A stretch of 64,000 bases of DNA from Cetorhinus maximus. Its lineage: Eukaryota. Shown piece by piece: positions 26,090-39,400 of this stretch. Position 1 is the stretch's first letter, and each line of letters begins with the position of its first letter. The notes under the pieces were generated by a model. That model was not told the origin of the DNA. It saw only the letters and a program-made list of their open reading frames with translations, and did not search any database. Location of the stretch: contig NC_135898.1 of assembly GCF_964194155.1 (NCBI RefSeq), forward strand, positions 65,720,001 to 65,784,000, written 5' to 3'. The position numbers were made by a program, and so were the translations under genes.

Positions 26090-29000
26090 AATTGGATAGA
26101 CGTGGTAGATAACGGGGATAAGAGAATGGAGTTCCTAAACTATGTACAGGACTGCTTTCTAACTCAATATCTAAAAAGGAACAAGGAAAGATTCCCTATT
26201 GAACCAGAACAACTAAGAGAAGTAATAGTCAGGGAACATCTAGGCAAGAGTAACTCACTTTAAGATGATGATAGAGAAGGACATAAGCATGATGAAAACC
26301 AGAGGAATTGATGGGAGAAAAGCTGATTTTGAGGGCTGAGAATAGAACTTAGGAAAATAAAATGGGCACCAATATTGGCAAACAACGATGTAGATCAAGA
26401 AAGGGAAACATTTAAAATGGTGTTCAAAAGACTGCAGGAAAAATGTATTCCACTAAAAGGAAAGAACAAACTAAATGATAGTGAGACTCCATGGTTGAAT
26501 CAAGACACAATGGAACAATTGAGGGTTAAGAAAAAGGCACTTGTAGCAGAAGTGTGCATGATAAGAGAGAATACAGTGATTAGGAGACGAGTAAAAAAAA
26601 CACAATTGGGATGACAAAGAATAACTATGAAATTAAATTTTCAAGGAATGTAAGACAAAATAGTAAAATATTTTAACAGGCATATCAGTAAAAAAGAGGC
26701 GGCTATGATGGGAATAGGACCATTAAGGGATAGACAGGATAATACCACAGGTAATGATAGAGAGATGGGAGAAATAATAATTAATTTATTTCTGTTTTTA
26801 CCAGGCCAATAGAACGGCTGATATAAGTGATGAGATCAGCAATGAGATAAATGCATTTAGAAAACTGGGTTGTATTAAATAAACTGAACAAACTCAAGAA
26901 GGTAAAGCCCCTGATCCGGATGGATTGCATCCAATTATTTTAAAAGCAGAGGCATTAATATACATATTAAATAATGTGTATATGGAAAGGTGTAGTGCCA
27001 GAGAACTGGCAGATAGCTGATGTAATTCCTATATTTAAGAAGGGGAACAGAACCTGTCCAGGAAATTGTAGACCTATCAGTTTAACATTGGTAGTAGGAA
27101 AAATAATGAAATCTCCACCAAAGGAGAGAACAGAAGAACAAAAAGAATCAAAAATCTACTAATGAATATTAAGCATGGATTTCAGAATGGAAAATCTTGC
27201 ATGTTGAACCTTATTGAATTTTTTGAGGAGGTAGAAGAAAGAATAGACAATGGTAATGCAATAGATGTAATTTATCTGAACTTTCAAAAGGTCTTAATAG
27301 ACTAATGAGAATGTGGAGTCAGGGGACAAGTAACAGACTGGGTTTCTAACTGGCTTCAAGACAAAGCAGAGAGTGGAAGGAAAGAATAGTTAATCAGAGT
27401 GGTAGGTGGGAAGTGGTGTTCCACAAGAATCAGTGCCAGGATCATTGGAGTTCATGATTTATGTTAACGTTTTGACTTTGGAATCATAAACACAATTTCT
27501 AAATTTGTGAATTACACCAAATTGAGGGGGAGTTGGTTTGTCAATCTGAGGACTGTAACAAATAGAAAAGGAAACCTGCTGATTGCCGTCTACCATCCTC
27601 CCTCAGCTGATGAATCAGTACTCTTCCATACTGAACAGCAGTTGGAGGAAGCACTGAAGGGTGCAGGGTTGTGGATTTCAATGCCCATCACTAACCTGAC
27701 GTGATAATGCCATAACTGACTAAGCAAGACAAGTTCCGAAGGATATATCTATACCAGACTGGGCCAATGGCAAGTGGTGAGGGAACCAACGAGAGAAGAA
27801 GCTGCTTGACCTGCCTTCACCAATCTATCTGTCACAGATGCACAGATCTATGACAGTATTGGCAGGAGTGACCACCGTACAGCCCTTTTGGTGACAAAGT
27901 CATGTCTTCAGGTTGAATTCATTACAACGGTGCTAAATGGGATAGATTTAGAACAGATCTAGCAGCTCAAAGTGGGCATTGATGAGGTGCTGTGGGTCAT
28001 TAGCAGCTGAACTGTATTCACCCACAATCTGTAACCTCCTAGCTCAGCATATCCCTCACTCTACCATTGCTATTAAGCCAGGGGATCAACCCTGCTTCAA
28101 TGACGAGTGCGGGAGAGCCTGCTAGGAGCAGCACCAGGCATACCTAAAACTGAGGTGCCAACCTGTTGAAGCTGCAACGCAGGGCTACATGTATGCTAAA
28201 CAGCGGAAGCAAATGTGCAATGGCAAAGCTAAGCAATCTCACAATCAATGGATCAGATCAAAGTTCTGCAATTCTGCAGTCGTGAACGGTGGTGACAATT
28301 ACAAACATCTCCATCATCAATGATGGGGGAGCCCATTCCATCAGCGCAGAAGACAAAGCTGAAGCATTCTCAGCCATGTTCATCTAGAAGTGCTGAGTAT
28401 GTCTCCTCTTGAGGCCTTCAGCATCACAGATGCCAGTTTTCAGCCAATTCTGTTCACTCCGTGTGATATTTAGCAACAGCGAAAGACACTGGGGGCAGCA
28501 ATGGCTATTGGTCCTGGCAACATCTCAGCAATACTACTGAAGATTTGTGCTCCAGAACTAACCTTCCCCCTAGCCAAGCTGTTCCCATATAGCCTCAATA
28601 CTGGCATCTACCTGACAATATGGAAAATTGCCCAGCTATGCCCTGAACATAAAAGGCAAGGCAAATCCAATGCAGCCAGTTACTGCCCCATCAGCCTACT
28701 CTTGAGCATCAGCAAAGTGATGGAAGGTGATGTTGCCAATGCTATCAAGCGGCATCTGCTTTGCAATAGCTTGCTCAGTTTGAGCTTAACCAGATCCACT
28801 TGGCTCCAGACCTCATTACAGCCTTGGTCCAAACATGGAAAAATAGTTGAATTCCAGATTTGAGGTGAGAGTGACTGCCCTTGACATCAAGGCAACATTC
28901 GACCAAGTGTAGCATCAGGGAACCCTACAAAATTGAATCAATGGGAATCAGGGGGAAACTCTCTACTGGTTAGAATCATACCTAACGCAAAGAAAGATGT

Positions 29001-29378
29001 TGGAAGCCAAACATCTCAGCCCCAGGACATAGTAGCAGGGGTTCCTTGGGGTAGTGTCTGAGGCCTGACCATCTTCAGCTACTTCATCAATGACCTTTCC
29101 TCCATCATAAGCTCAGTAGTGGGGAAATACGTTGATGATTGCATGGTGTCCAGTACAGAAATCAGACGGAAAATGTGGTGATAATGTGGAACTCGCTATC
29201 ACAGGGGCTGATTGATGTGAATAGTGTAGATGCATTTAAGGGAAAGCCAGACAAGCATATGATGGAGAAAAGAATGAAGATGATAGATTTTAATGTGGCA
29301 AGATGGGAAGAGGCTTTAGTAGAGCTTAAACAGCAGCATGGATGGGTTGGGTCGAATGGTCTGTTTGTGGTGTATATA
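26090..29378 (+). mobile_element. Old CR1 ORF2 interrupted by a CR1/L2-group LINE
   Basis: PENWQIADVIPIFKKGNRTCPGNCRPISLT and GVPQESV motifs; CR1 3' end at 29155-29378. Confidence 0.8.
27562..29140 (+). mobile_element. CR1/L2-group LINE (same family as 20928-22545)
   Basis: LIAVYHPPSADES endonuclease motif, CAPEL..PLAKLF..YCPISLL..ISKVME, FINDL. Confidence 0.8.
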
Positions 29379-30289
29379 ATGTCAGGGGATTTATTGTGGT
29401 GGTATTTTGTTGATAACTGAAGAGTATTAATGTAAGTAGCAGAAGTCATCATAAGAAACATGAGGAATAATATATGTTGCTCATGAATTATTTGAAAGCG
29501 TGATTTAAATTCTTATCCCTGGCATATGTGAGGAGATTATAGTGTTCAATTTATTTCCCCGTGCTGTAGTATAAATTGATCCTCTTTATATAAGTGGAGA
29601 AATTGATGAATGTACTGTAACTTGCATTTCAATGCTTTTGTGACCAGAGCAGAAAATGATTTAAAAAAAGACTGCACAAGTATTTCAACTGCACTTAGAT
29701 GAGCTATTACAATTTACCCAGTTTATTTTCCAATGCATTATGCAATGTAATGGCAATTTTATTAAATTCACCAAACTGAATGGAGTAAATATCAGGCTTT
29801 GAAATATTTTCCTTTAATACAAGTTATATGTGTGCTTTACATTGATTAAGTGTATGTGAAAAGATTTCTTATTGTTAATCAATGTCAAAAGAAGCATTGC
29901 AGGATCAGATGGGATTGATGATGAGCAGCTAATTATACTGGATAACTCTTCCAAAAGATCAATTTGGTCAGATATAGTTGCTGAAGTTAAGCATGCTGAG
30001 TAAACATAACTGAAAAATATTACTCAAATATAGCAAAAAGATGTTTAGAAAAACTTGTTCCCATGTAGAGTAGGCTTTCAAATTGAGGTCCATGAAGAGA
30101 TCCTGGGATATTTTAAGAGAATCAGATTTTTAAGTTCATTGTATTTCTTGACTTTCTGTTGCATTAATTTTATTGCTGTATGTAAATATTACATTTTCTG
30201 CAGTCAAAGTCCTGTTTCCTTTGGGTAACTTGTCTATAAGAAGTTAGATAGAGGTGGGGATGGTTGGGATCAAGGAAGGGAGTCCATTA

Positions 30290-32544
30290 TGTTAATAGTA
30301 TGTTAATTATGTTTTTTATATTGTCAAGATCTACAGGTGAATGGCATTGTTTAATTAAATACTTTGATCATATTAATTGGGGACGAGTGGGACAATGGGA
30401 GTTGAAGGAGAGGTATGAGACTGAACAAAGTCAATTAACTCAGTAAAAAGCTCTGTCTTGGTTTTGACTTCGCCAACTGACTTGGATTCTGTTAACATTG
30501 GTAGCTGAGAATGGTTGGCTTAAAGATGAAGATTGGAAACTAAAACTTATTTTCAAACAAAAGGTTGTAATTGGAGTTACTTTGGAGGAGAATGGCTGAA
30601 ACCAAATGTAAAGTACCAAGGTATGATTCTCCATTCTCCCATCGGTGATGAGGTTCTACTTCACAGAACAATGGTGAAGTGGATACGGGTTACATCCTTA
30701 CTAAAGTGAAAGCAAGGTATGGCCTTGGCACTTTTGCTTCCCCCACCAGAAGCAGGATCAGGTGCAAAGCATTTTTGGAACTAGAGGCTCATCAATTGGA
30801 CACTGAGGAAGGTTTGGCTGAACTCTTAAAATTTACGGATAAAATTTATAAGAAAGATAACCTGCTAAATGAGGCATGGACAGACTTTGATAAATTTAGA
30901 AGGATGGACAGTTATTCCATAGAATAATATATCATAGAAATTAACATGTTGTTGATTTTCTGTGGTGCGGTTCTGCAGAATTTGAGCTATGGGTGATAGC
31001 TAAAATGAAGAAGGAGTTTAAGATTGGAAGTTGGGCTTCGGGGGCCTTTAAATATATAGGGTTAGACTTTAAACGGAATAAGTCGGGACTGACCTTGAAT
31101 CAGCAGTCTTACTTAGAAAATGTCGATTGCATTCCAATGAATCAGGCCAGGTCCTCACAAAATGAGGAGCCTGCATCCAAGGAAGAAATAGACCAATTGA
31201 GAAGTTTGGTTGGACAGTTGAACTGGTTATGCACTCAGACTAGACCTGATGCTAGTTTTGACATAGTGGAACTGAGTGCTATGGTGAAACATGCAACAGT
31301 TGAGAGGAAGTTCTGAGAGCAACTAAAACATTAAATAAGTTAAATTCTGAGAAATGCACACTAAGGTTTCCAGCCTTGGGTGATGCAGAAGATATGAAGT
31401 TAATCATTTTTAGTACTGCTTCACCTGCCAATCTTCTGGATGCATATTCTAGTACATCAGGGTTAAATATATTCTTGGTGGAAAAGACTAACAAATGTTG
31501 TCCATTGGCCTAGGAAATGAAGAAAATAAAAAGGGTAGTTAAAAGCACCTTAGCTGCAGAAACACTGTCTATAATCGAAGCCATAGGTATGGGATTTTAC
31601 TTGTCAAATATTTTGAAGGAAATCCTATACAAGGGCAATCTGAGGAAAGTTTGCTCTTGAATGTTATGTGAATAACCATTTTCTGTGGAATAATGTACAT
31701 TCAGTGAAGAGTGTGACTGAGAAAAGGTTAAGGATTGACCTTGCTAGCATAAAAGAAATGTTAGAGAGAAAAAAGATGTCTAAGATAAGAGGGTTGGCAC
31801 AAGACACCAATTATTGGACTGTTTCACAAAAAGGGATTCTTGCTTAAAGAGATTGTTGGATGTCCTGTATTATGATGGGTTATATGAAATATGGAAAATC
31901 AATTTTTTTCTTTAAATTGTTTTTTATTATTCATTTACGGGATGTAGGCGTCATTTATTGCCCATCCCTAATTTCCCTTGTGAAGTTGATGGTCAGCTTC
32001 TTTCTTGAACCGCTGCAGTCCCTGTGGTGTAGGTATATCCACAGTGCTGTTAGGAAGGGAGTTCCTGGATTTTGACCCAGCGACAGTGAAGGAACAGTGA
32101 TATATTTCCAAGTCAGGATGGTGAGTGGCTTGGAGGGGAACTTCCATGTGGTGGTGTTCCCATCTATCTGCTGCCCTTGTCCATCTAGATGCTAATGATC
32201 ATGAGTTTGGAAGATGCATCTTGAGTTTCTGCAGTACATCTTGTAGATAGTACACACTTCTGCCACTGTTCGTTGGTGGTGGAGGGAGTGAATTTTGAAA
32301 TTATTTGAGTGTGTTATAAAGTTTATGTTTAAAGAAAGAAAGGGGGATCTGTTCATAGTAATTATTTATTTTAAGGTAGACAGCTGAAGGGCATTGTTTA
32401 ATTAAGTACTTTGATCACATATAAATTGGGGACATGAGGTTGGAGGAGAGGCATGAGAAGAAACAAAGTCAATGAAGTCTCTTGGTAAAGAAAAGCTCTG
32501 TGCTTAGGTTTTGACTACGCCAACTGGCTTGGATTCTGTTAACA
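30290..32544 (+). mobile_element. Ty1/copia LTR retrotransposon relic, GalEa-like, internally deleted
   Basis: LTRs 30290-30497 and 32350-32544 (TG..CA). PBS tggtagctgagaatggtt at 30499-30516, 16/18 complementary to the tRNAi-Met 3' end. PPT aaagaaagaaaggggga. Gag remnant from ~30591; RT FKYIG..GQLNWLCTQTRPD; RNase H KIKRVVKSTLAAET, EKRLRIDL, QLLDCFTK. Confidence 0.85.
31920..32295 (-). mobile_element. CR1/L2-group LINE 3' fragment inside the copia relic
   Basis: Reverse complement of the 3' end of 20928-22545. Confidence 0.8.
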
Positions 32545-33552
32545 CAAGAGTGGCAACATATATAGTGCACCCATGCAGGAAAGCTTGAAAACAGCTGCAG
32601 TTGCACTTAATTAACCCTAGCCTATCCCCTCTCCCACAAATGCTGTCTGATCTGCTTAATGTTTGCAACAGTTTTATTGCACTTTGTTTCTTGATTGTCC
32701 AATTTTGGGGTTAAAAGAGGTAGTTTGCTACCAGGATAAATGTACTCTAATCTTGTGAAATAACCAGACTTTTGTAACTTGAGTTTTCCATGTGTCTATT
32801 TGCCTGATTGTTTGTGCGTGCTGCTCTGGACCCGAGCCCATTATTTGTATTTCCACTCTTTTCCCCTCCTTTCATTAATACTTTTCCCCTATCACTCCTA
32901 GTCCTCTCTTTGCTGCTCTTATGATTCCTTTCATTTCTCCCATCTTGGGTACTTGTTCCTCTCAAATCCCTATTCAAATACTTGAGCACTCTTTCACCTT
33001 CTGACACTCCTACTGCTGCCCAAGTTGACTCCCTTTTTAATAAACCTATAGCTTCCCTCTGCGCATCTCTTGGATCCTCCGAAGGGCTTATTGAAACATG
33101 GCGCTGATTGCTTATGAGCAGCAACTCCATCTGTCTTATCCTATTCTCTTGCCAACCATCTCAAACGCTGCGCCTGTAGAAAGCTAATGTTCCCTACATC
33201 CTTCCTATCCCACTCACCGTCCCTATGCTCACCCTGTGGATTCTGTCATTGGATCAACTATCTTTATCTGTTTTCATATCTACCCGTAGAATGTCTGTTC
33301 ACTTATGAACATGATTGTGTCGATATCCTGGTCTTCACAGACACTTGTCTGAGACTTTGTGACATCTGTACCCTAAATGAAGCCTCCCATGGCTGGCTAT
33401 ATGTGGCTTTTACTGCCAAATCACACCTTGATCTGTGCCTCTGCTCCTCTGGCACCTTCTCCTTTGAGCACCTTGCCTAGTTCCACCCCTCTTGCCTCAT
33501 TTAAAGTCCTTGTTCTCTATCATCTGCCCACGTATCATGAAAAAAAATTCAC

Positions 33553-34985
33553 AGTTAGGAAATAGAGAGAGCTTAATAAGTTATATGTATATTTGTGAGT
33601 GTGTTAAGAATAAGGTACATCTTTAATGTTTAAGTTTGATTTGTATTTCTATATTTGTGTATTAAGAAAAGGAGAAGTTGAGTTTTAATTTCATTTTAAA
33701 AGATGCCTGCATTTTAATGAAGATTTTATGACTCTTGAAGGGAATAAAACAAACACAAGGTTAAAAAGAACTGTGCTGTTGCCTAGCAACAGGGGTCCAG
33801 AGAGGGAGACCCTGCCCACAGATGCACAGAGAAACTGAAAGCAGTTTTAGTTCAGTTGGTCATTATGCTGTAAGTTGAGGGGAACAGTTTAAGTCTCTCT
33901 CTAGGTGACATACTAGCAGACTGCTGAGGGAGATAAGTCTGAGAATCTTAGATGAGTTGCTCTAAAGTTAAAGTAAAAGTGAATTTCAAGTGAGTTCTGG
34001 ATCTCAAGTGAGATACGAAGTCATTAGCAGTCTACTGGGAGAGGGAACTGTAGAGAGAGTAGATCTCCCAAAAGAACGGAAAGGTCCCAAAGCCAAGGAG
34101 TGAGACAGAAAGGAGGGGTCCCAAGAAGACCTTCTAGTTAAAGAAAGGACAGGTGTTTGGAAAAGGTGCTGTTCTGTGGAAGGAGAGGAAGGCCCCAAGC
34201 TGCCTCCAAAGGCAGAAAGCTGCAGGATGCAGATTCAGAGCAATATCGGCTTGGGAGAAGCCGGAAGTTCCAAAGAGACAGCTGAAGGTTGTAACTCTTT
34301 ACTATGGGCATGTGAAGAAGAGGTGTATTCTGTTGGCATGGCTGAGCCAGAGAGAGTGTGCGTGGAAGAAGGCTTGAATGCATGTGGTGATCCAGGGGAG
34401 AGGAACATCAGAAGGCGAGTTCGAAACCCTGAAGGTGGACCCTTGCGGAAAGCATCTGAGAGAAAGCGTCGGTTTGGTAGGAGATTCCAAATAGAGTTCT
34501 TCAAGAATGAAGATTGGAAACCCTCGAGTGAAATGACGGAGTTCAGTGAGACCGGTTGACTTACAGTGTGACAGGTGTCTGAGGGGAGTTGTTGAGAGAT
34601 CCAGAGCATGTTTGGGTGGCATCTGTCACTTGGTTTTAGAGTGTTATCCGTTTGACCACACATCGCCTATTGGTTAACAAGGACTGCATATTTACTGTGA
34701 ACGTTAGAGCACAAGACAGCTTTTGTAACTTGTGTTATCCTTACAAACCTGTATACATCTGTGAAGGTATAGTTGTGGGTGAAGGAGTATTGTAATACAG
34801 TTCATCTTTTCTGGTTTAATAAATGTTTTATTCTTTTGTTAAAAGTTTAGCAGCTGACTCCTGTGACTCTATTTAGTAGCCACTCTCCGCGTACCTAAAC
34901 AAAAAATAAAAGTTAGGATCTATGAAGCTTGGTTCCACCCTGGGATTTGGCTTGCCCAGCAGTAATATCAGCCAGGATCATATTA
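33553..34985 (+). mobile_element. Solo LTR (Gypsy/ERV-like)
   Basis: Purine-rich U3-like body, aataaatgttt, 3' end ccctgggattt..ggatcata similar to the other LTRs here; near-TSD tcac/gcac; degenerate TG/CA ends. Confidence 0.6.
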
Positions 34986-36023
34986 GCACTGATATACTTC
35001 GCTACTTTTCTTCCTCAGCCTCTGCACCAAACAACTTGTCATCTGCAGTGTTTTCGATCTCTGTTTAAGTTCATCAGCTGTCTCCCCTTGAGTTCACTGC
35101 TCTCCTTCTCTCCCTTAAACTCTTCTCAATACAAACTTGTCTACCCATATTTATGACCACCCCTTCGATTTGCTATTTCACATGACCTCTCCCATGGTGT
35201 TAATCACAGATAAAGCAATCTCTGATCACTTCCTTGGATCACTCTCTACCCACACCCCTCCCCCCTTCCAACCATACTCCTGTGTCTGCTGAATGGAGAA
35301 AACACTCTCCCAATTTACTTAAACTGCATTTTCAAAATCCCAACTGTCAAGCCTTAGGCCCTCCACTCACCTCAACATTTCTGCAGCTACCGATCTGTTC
35401 AACCTTACCCTCACTACCTCCTCTGATGTCCCAGTTCTCTTAAAACCATTATTCTCTCATCCTGGTTGCTTCACTGGGGTATGGCTCTCATCTCCGCTCC
35501 CTTAAGTACAAGGAGAGAGGAGTGCAGGATAAAGAGTTTCTCTTCCACTTCTCCTCAAGCCAACTCCAAGCTCACCTTGTATATGAGGCTGATTCCCTCG
35601 ACCCCATTTTGACCAAGCTGCTGACCACCTAACTTTCCTTCTTGGCTAACCATGTTAGCTGATATTGTTAACTATTCCCCGCTTCTTCAAATCTTCCATC
35701 ATCACCCCTCTCAAAAAAAAAAAATTGCCCATCCACCCTTGCAAACTACTGCCTCATCTTCAACCTCCCTTTCTTTTCCAAATCCTTGATGTTGCCTTCC
35801 AAATCCCTGTCCATCTTTCCTGGAACACCATGTTTGAATCCCTCCAATCAAGTTTATCTGCCCGCCACAGACTCTTATTAAAGTCACAGTAACTGCAACA
35901 GTGGTAAACTATCTTTCCTTGCCTTTCCCAACCTGCCTGCAACCTTTGTCACAGTTGACCACACCATCCTTCTCTAATGTCTCCTCCAGCTGAGTAGGAC
36001 AGCATTCGCCTGATTCTATTATA

Positions 36024-36459
36024 TAGTAAACTTTGTTATCTGGTGCTCCTCCAACTGGAATTCTCTATTAAGCAGACTTTCTGACAGCTTCATTTTTTTT
36101 AAAGCTGGTCACTTTTAGTGTTCAGATTATGCATTCTTTTAAAAAAAAACAAATAATAACTTGTTCCCCGTTAATCCCACTCTCACAACTGCTAAAAAAA
36201 TTGGCAAACTCACAGATATCCATGTTACCTGTGGCCTGCCCTCAATTTGGCCTCAGCCTCTCACTGTTCTGTAGCACCATGTTCCCTCTGCACCGCTCAC
36301 TAGATTTACACAAACCTGCACCTCTCACGAGACCTCAACATCTGCATACATGAGATCACCCAGGATTAGATGAAAATGTGGAACTCCTGGGTAACTGGCA
36401 TTTTTGATTAACCGACACCACCTGTTCCCTGTGAATGCCGGTTAACGAAGATTTTACTG
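36024..36459. mobile_element. Tc1/mariner-pogo (Tigger-like) MITE
   Basis: TA flanks; TIRs tagtaaactttgtta / taacgaagattttactg. Confidence 0.6.
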
Positions 36460-39400
36460 TATATATCGTCATAGACAGAATCACTCGCAATGGCTTATTT
36501 TCCAACTCCCGCACTTGTGCCCCCCAAAGATCTATTCTTTCCCCCTCCTATTTTTCACTTACATGATGCCCCTTGGCAATATCATCCAAAAATTTTGATA
36601 TTTCTACGTTTACACTGATGATACATTGCTCAGCCTCACCACCTCTTTCGACAGTCTCTGAGTCGTCTGACTACTTGTTCAACATCTAGTACTGGATGAG
36701 CAGAAAATCCCTACCAGTGAGTATTGGGAGGACCGAAGCCAATGTCCTCATTTCCCATCACAAACCCAGTTCCCTAGCCACCAACTCCATCCCCCTCCTT
36801 GGCAACTATCTGAGTGGATCAGACTGTTCCCAATCTTGGTGTTATATTTGACCCCAAGATGAGCATCTGACCAAATTGCTGCACCATCACTAAGACTGCC
36901 TCTTTGCACAATAAAAGTTACCCCATGAATTAGTGGAGCAAAGAAAGATTGAGAGATTTCGTCACCCAATTTATGTTTAAATGTTACTAGTTCAAGGCAT
37001 AACTAATTTTCCACTTGATCTTGTGCACAGAAATATTGGGAGGCAAGGTTCAATTTGCAGTAATACTACTGGGGAGTGTTCTATAGGCAGAGTTGAAGTA
37101 AGAAGAAGTGAATATTTTTAGCTGGCATTTTGTATGGACTTTCTGAATGGATTAAAGAGTGATGAGATAAGATGTAGCTGCATCAGTGCTTGCCGTTGTT
37201 TAGGTGTTTGTGGCCTTGCATTGGACTGATACTACTGTCAAGTTTTCCCAAAGTTCCAGAGTTTGTTCAGTGATCTCCTAATAGGGTAGCAAGGTCTTTT
37301 GAGGCCTTTGGGGTGTTTTTCCCAGCCCTTTTGTGAGTAGCCCCAGGCCCAGGTAAGGTTCCAATGCTCCGGGTTACATGGCCAATGGCAAAAGCAGCAA
37401 ATTTCTGGTGGTGATGGCAGAAGGGCTAGAACTTTGAGGGACAACGACTACTTACAGGTGGAGAATTCTTCGGGAAGAGGAATTGTGTTTTCATGAAGCA
37501 CACATGAGGAAGGCAACGAGGAACTACTTCATGTATTCTTTTCCCTAGTCATGTTGCTCTTTGATGTTGATGCTACAAGCCAATGAAGGTAAAAGCGCAG
37601 CACCTTGAGGCATGCAGAAATGAGCAGAGGGCATGTCCTTGGGTAGATCACTAATAATCCTAATGAGGTCCACTAGGTTACAGGAGTAGGGGATTGACTA
37701 TTCTTGCAGTAGGTACAGGATTAGACTAATTTAGCAATAGCTATAAAAAAGATCCCATTCTTTCTTTAGTTTTCCTAGTCACCTTGGACATGTCTTTACC
37801 CCAGCAAAGATTAGATATTAATACCAAGCCAAAGATACATACTTGAGAATATATACTAGATTGTTTTACAAGAGAAAATCTTAATGCTTTTAAGGTGTAG
37901 GTGTGAGCATGACATTGTGATCAATATTTTTCAGTAAAATTATAAAATAAAATTACCCCAGACTATATCTATTCATCAGTGCTTGTAGTGATTCAGTTGC
38001 TACTCATCTTTCAGACAGTGGCTTTGTTTTAAGCAAAGATATCACAAATATACAGGTCACTGATGAAGATGAGAGGCTCAAGCATGATTTCTTCAGGGGC
38101 ACTACATGAATGATGTGACACAATTGCCATTCATTTATAATGGCCCAATGTTTACATATTCTGATAAGTTATCAATTGTATATGCTACAAAAGAACAGTC
38201 CCAGGAAAACTTGAGCGCCATAATGTTTTGTGTGCTGTAGAAATTTTGAGACTTATTATTTTGGTTTTGAGCCAAATTTGTCTCTGGACAGTGAGATTAT
38301 GACACAATTCATCAATTTGCCTTGAAACCACAATGACAACAAAAATGTTGCAGATGAGATGTTACAATTGCTTCTCATTTGTTTTGTTTTCCATGAGCTA
38401 TCATGTGATTAATAGTAAGGATTTGGTCTGTAGCTTTAATTGTTTGTATTCTGTTGTCAGAGTAATTCATAATAGAACAGCTAATTTTTATGATCCAAAA
38501 AAATTGATTCTAATTTTTACAAAAACGTATTTGCTGAATATTCTAAAAGGACCAAATACATTCTGTTATGTTGTTTATAAGATACTAAGCAACAATATGG
38601 TTCACATGCTTTGAAAAATTTAAAAATACACACTTAAAAATAATAGGGACATGAAATTGGCAGCAATGTCAAATATCACATTTTTACAATACTACCAAAA
38701 GAGTAGGATAAAATTGCACCAAGCATTGCAGAACTCACTGACAGCCAAAGATAAAGAAGAAATACCCAACTGCACAACTTCATCATGCACAGATGGCTTC
38801 AAAGTGCAATGTTAACACACAAGTAAGCTGAATTCTTCCAAAATCAATGCCTTAAACATTTCACTACAATTGTCAAAAAAGACAGTAGGCCTGATTAAGT
38901 CTCCAAATGATCAGTCTCTAGTATGATGAACATAAAGAATGGAGGCACATCTAAAAGACAAAAATTGAAGTGTTGCATTGTGACTGAAAATCTCATCTCA
39001 CAAATAAAGCTGTCAAATGAAACTGCAAAGAACCAACTATCCTAAAAATGTGCAATTCATTGAGGTTCATGTTTACAATAGCTCTTGGACTCAGAGATCA
39101 GCAAAGATTAATTATATATGACTACATTATTTCACAGACAACACTGATGCATATATACAGAATTGGAGAACCACAAAATTAAATAATTTATGTGAAAAGA
39201 AAAGGTCAACCTTTAAATTCCCAGATAATTTTCAACAGTAGTAATTCTTGGAACCTAATTTGATTTTGCTGAGAGATTTTTCCACGATACACAGCCATTT
39301 TTCCTTACAATAATGTTTAAGTTATTCTTACTGCTCTCCTTCAAATTTATATGTTTAGTTTGTCATCATAATCCTACAGAAACCATCCTGGACAATTTTA

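Larger units (their letters stand above)
33100..36905 (+). mobile_element. Decayed L2-like LINE, split by a solo LTR and a Tigger-like MITE
   Basis: Pyrimidine-rich endonuclease/RT remnants (AxFxTVDHTILL, VPPKxSIL, YTDDT) that continue across both insertions. Confidence 0.65.

Noticed and set aside
34138-34663. Cluster of overlapping 74-142 aa ORFs
   Set aside because: They lie within a solo-LTR body and have no recognisable domain.
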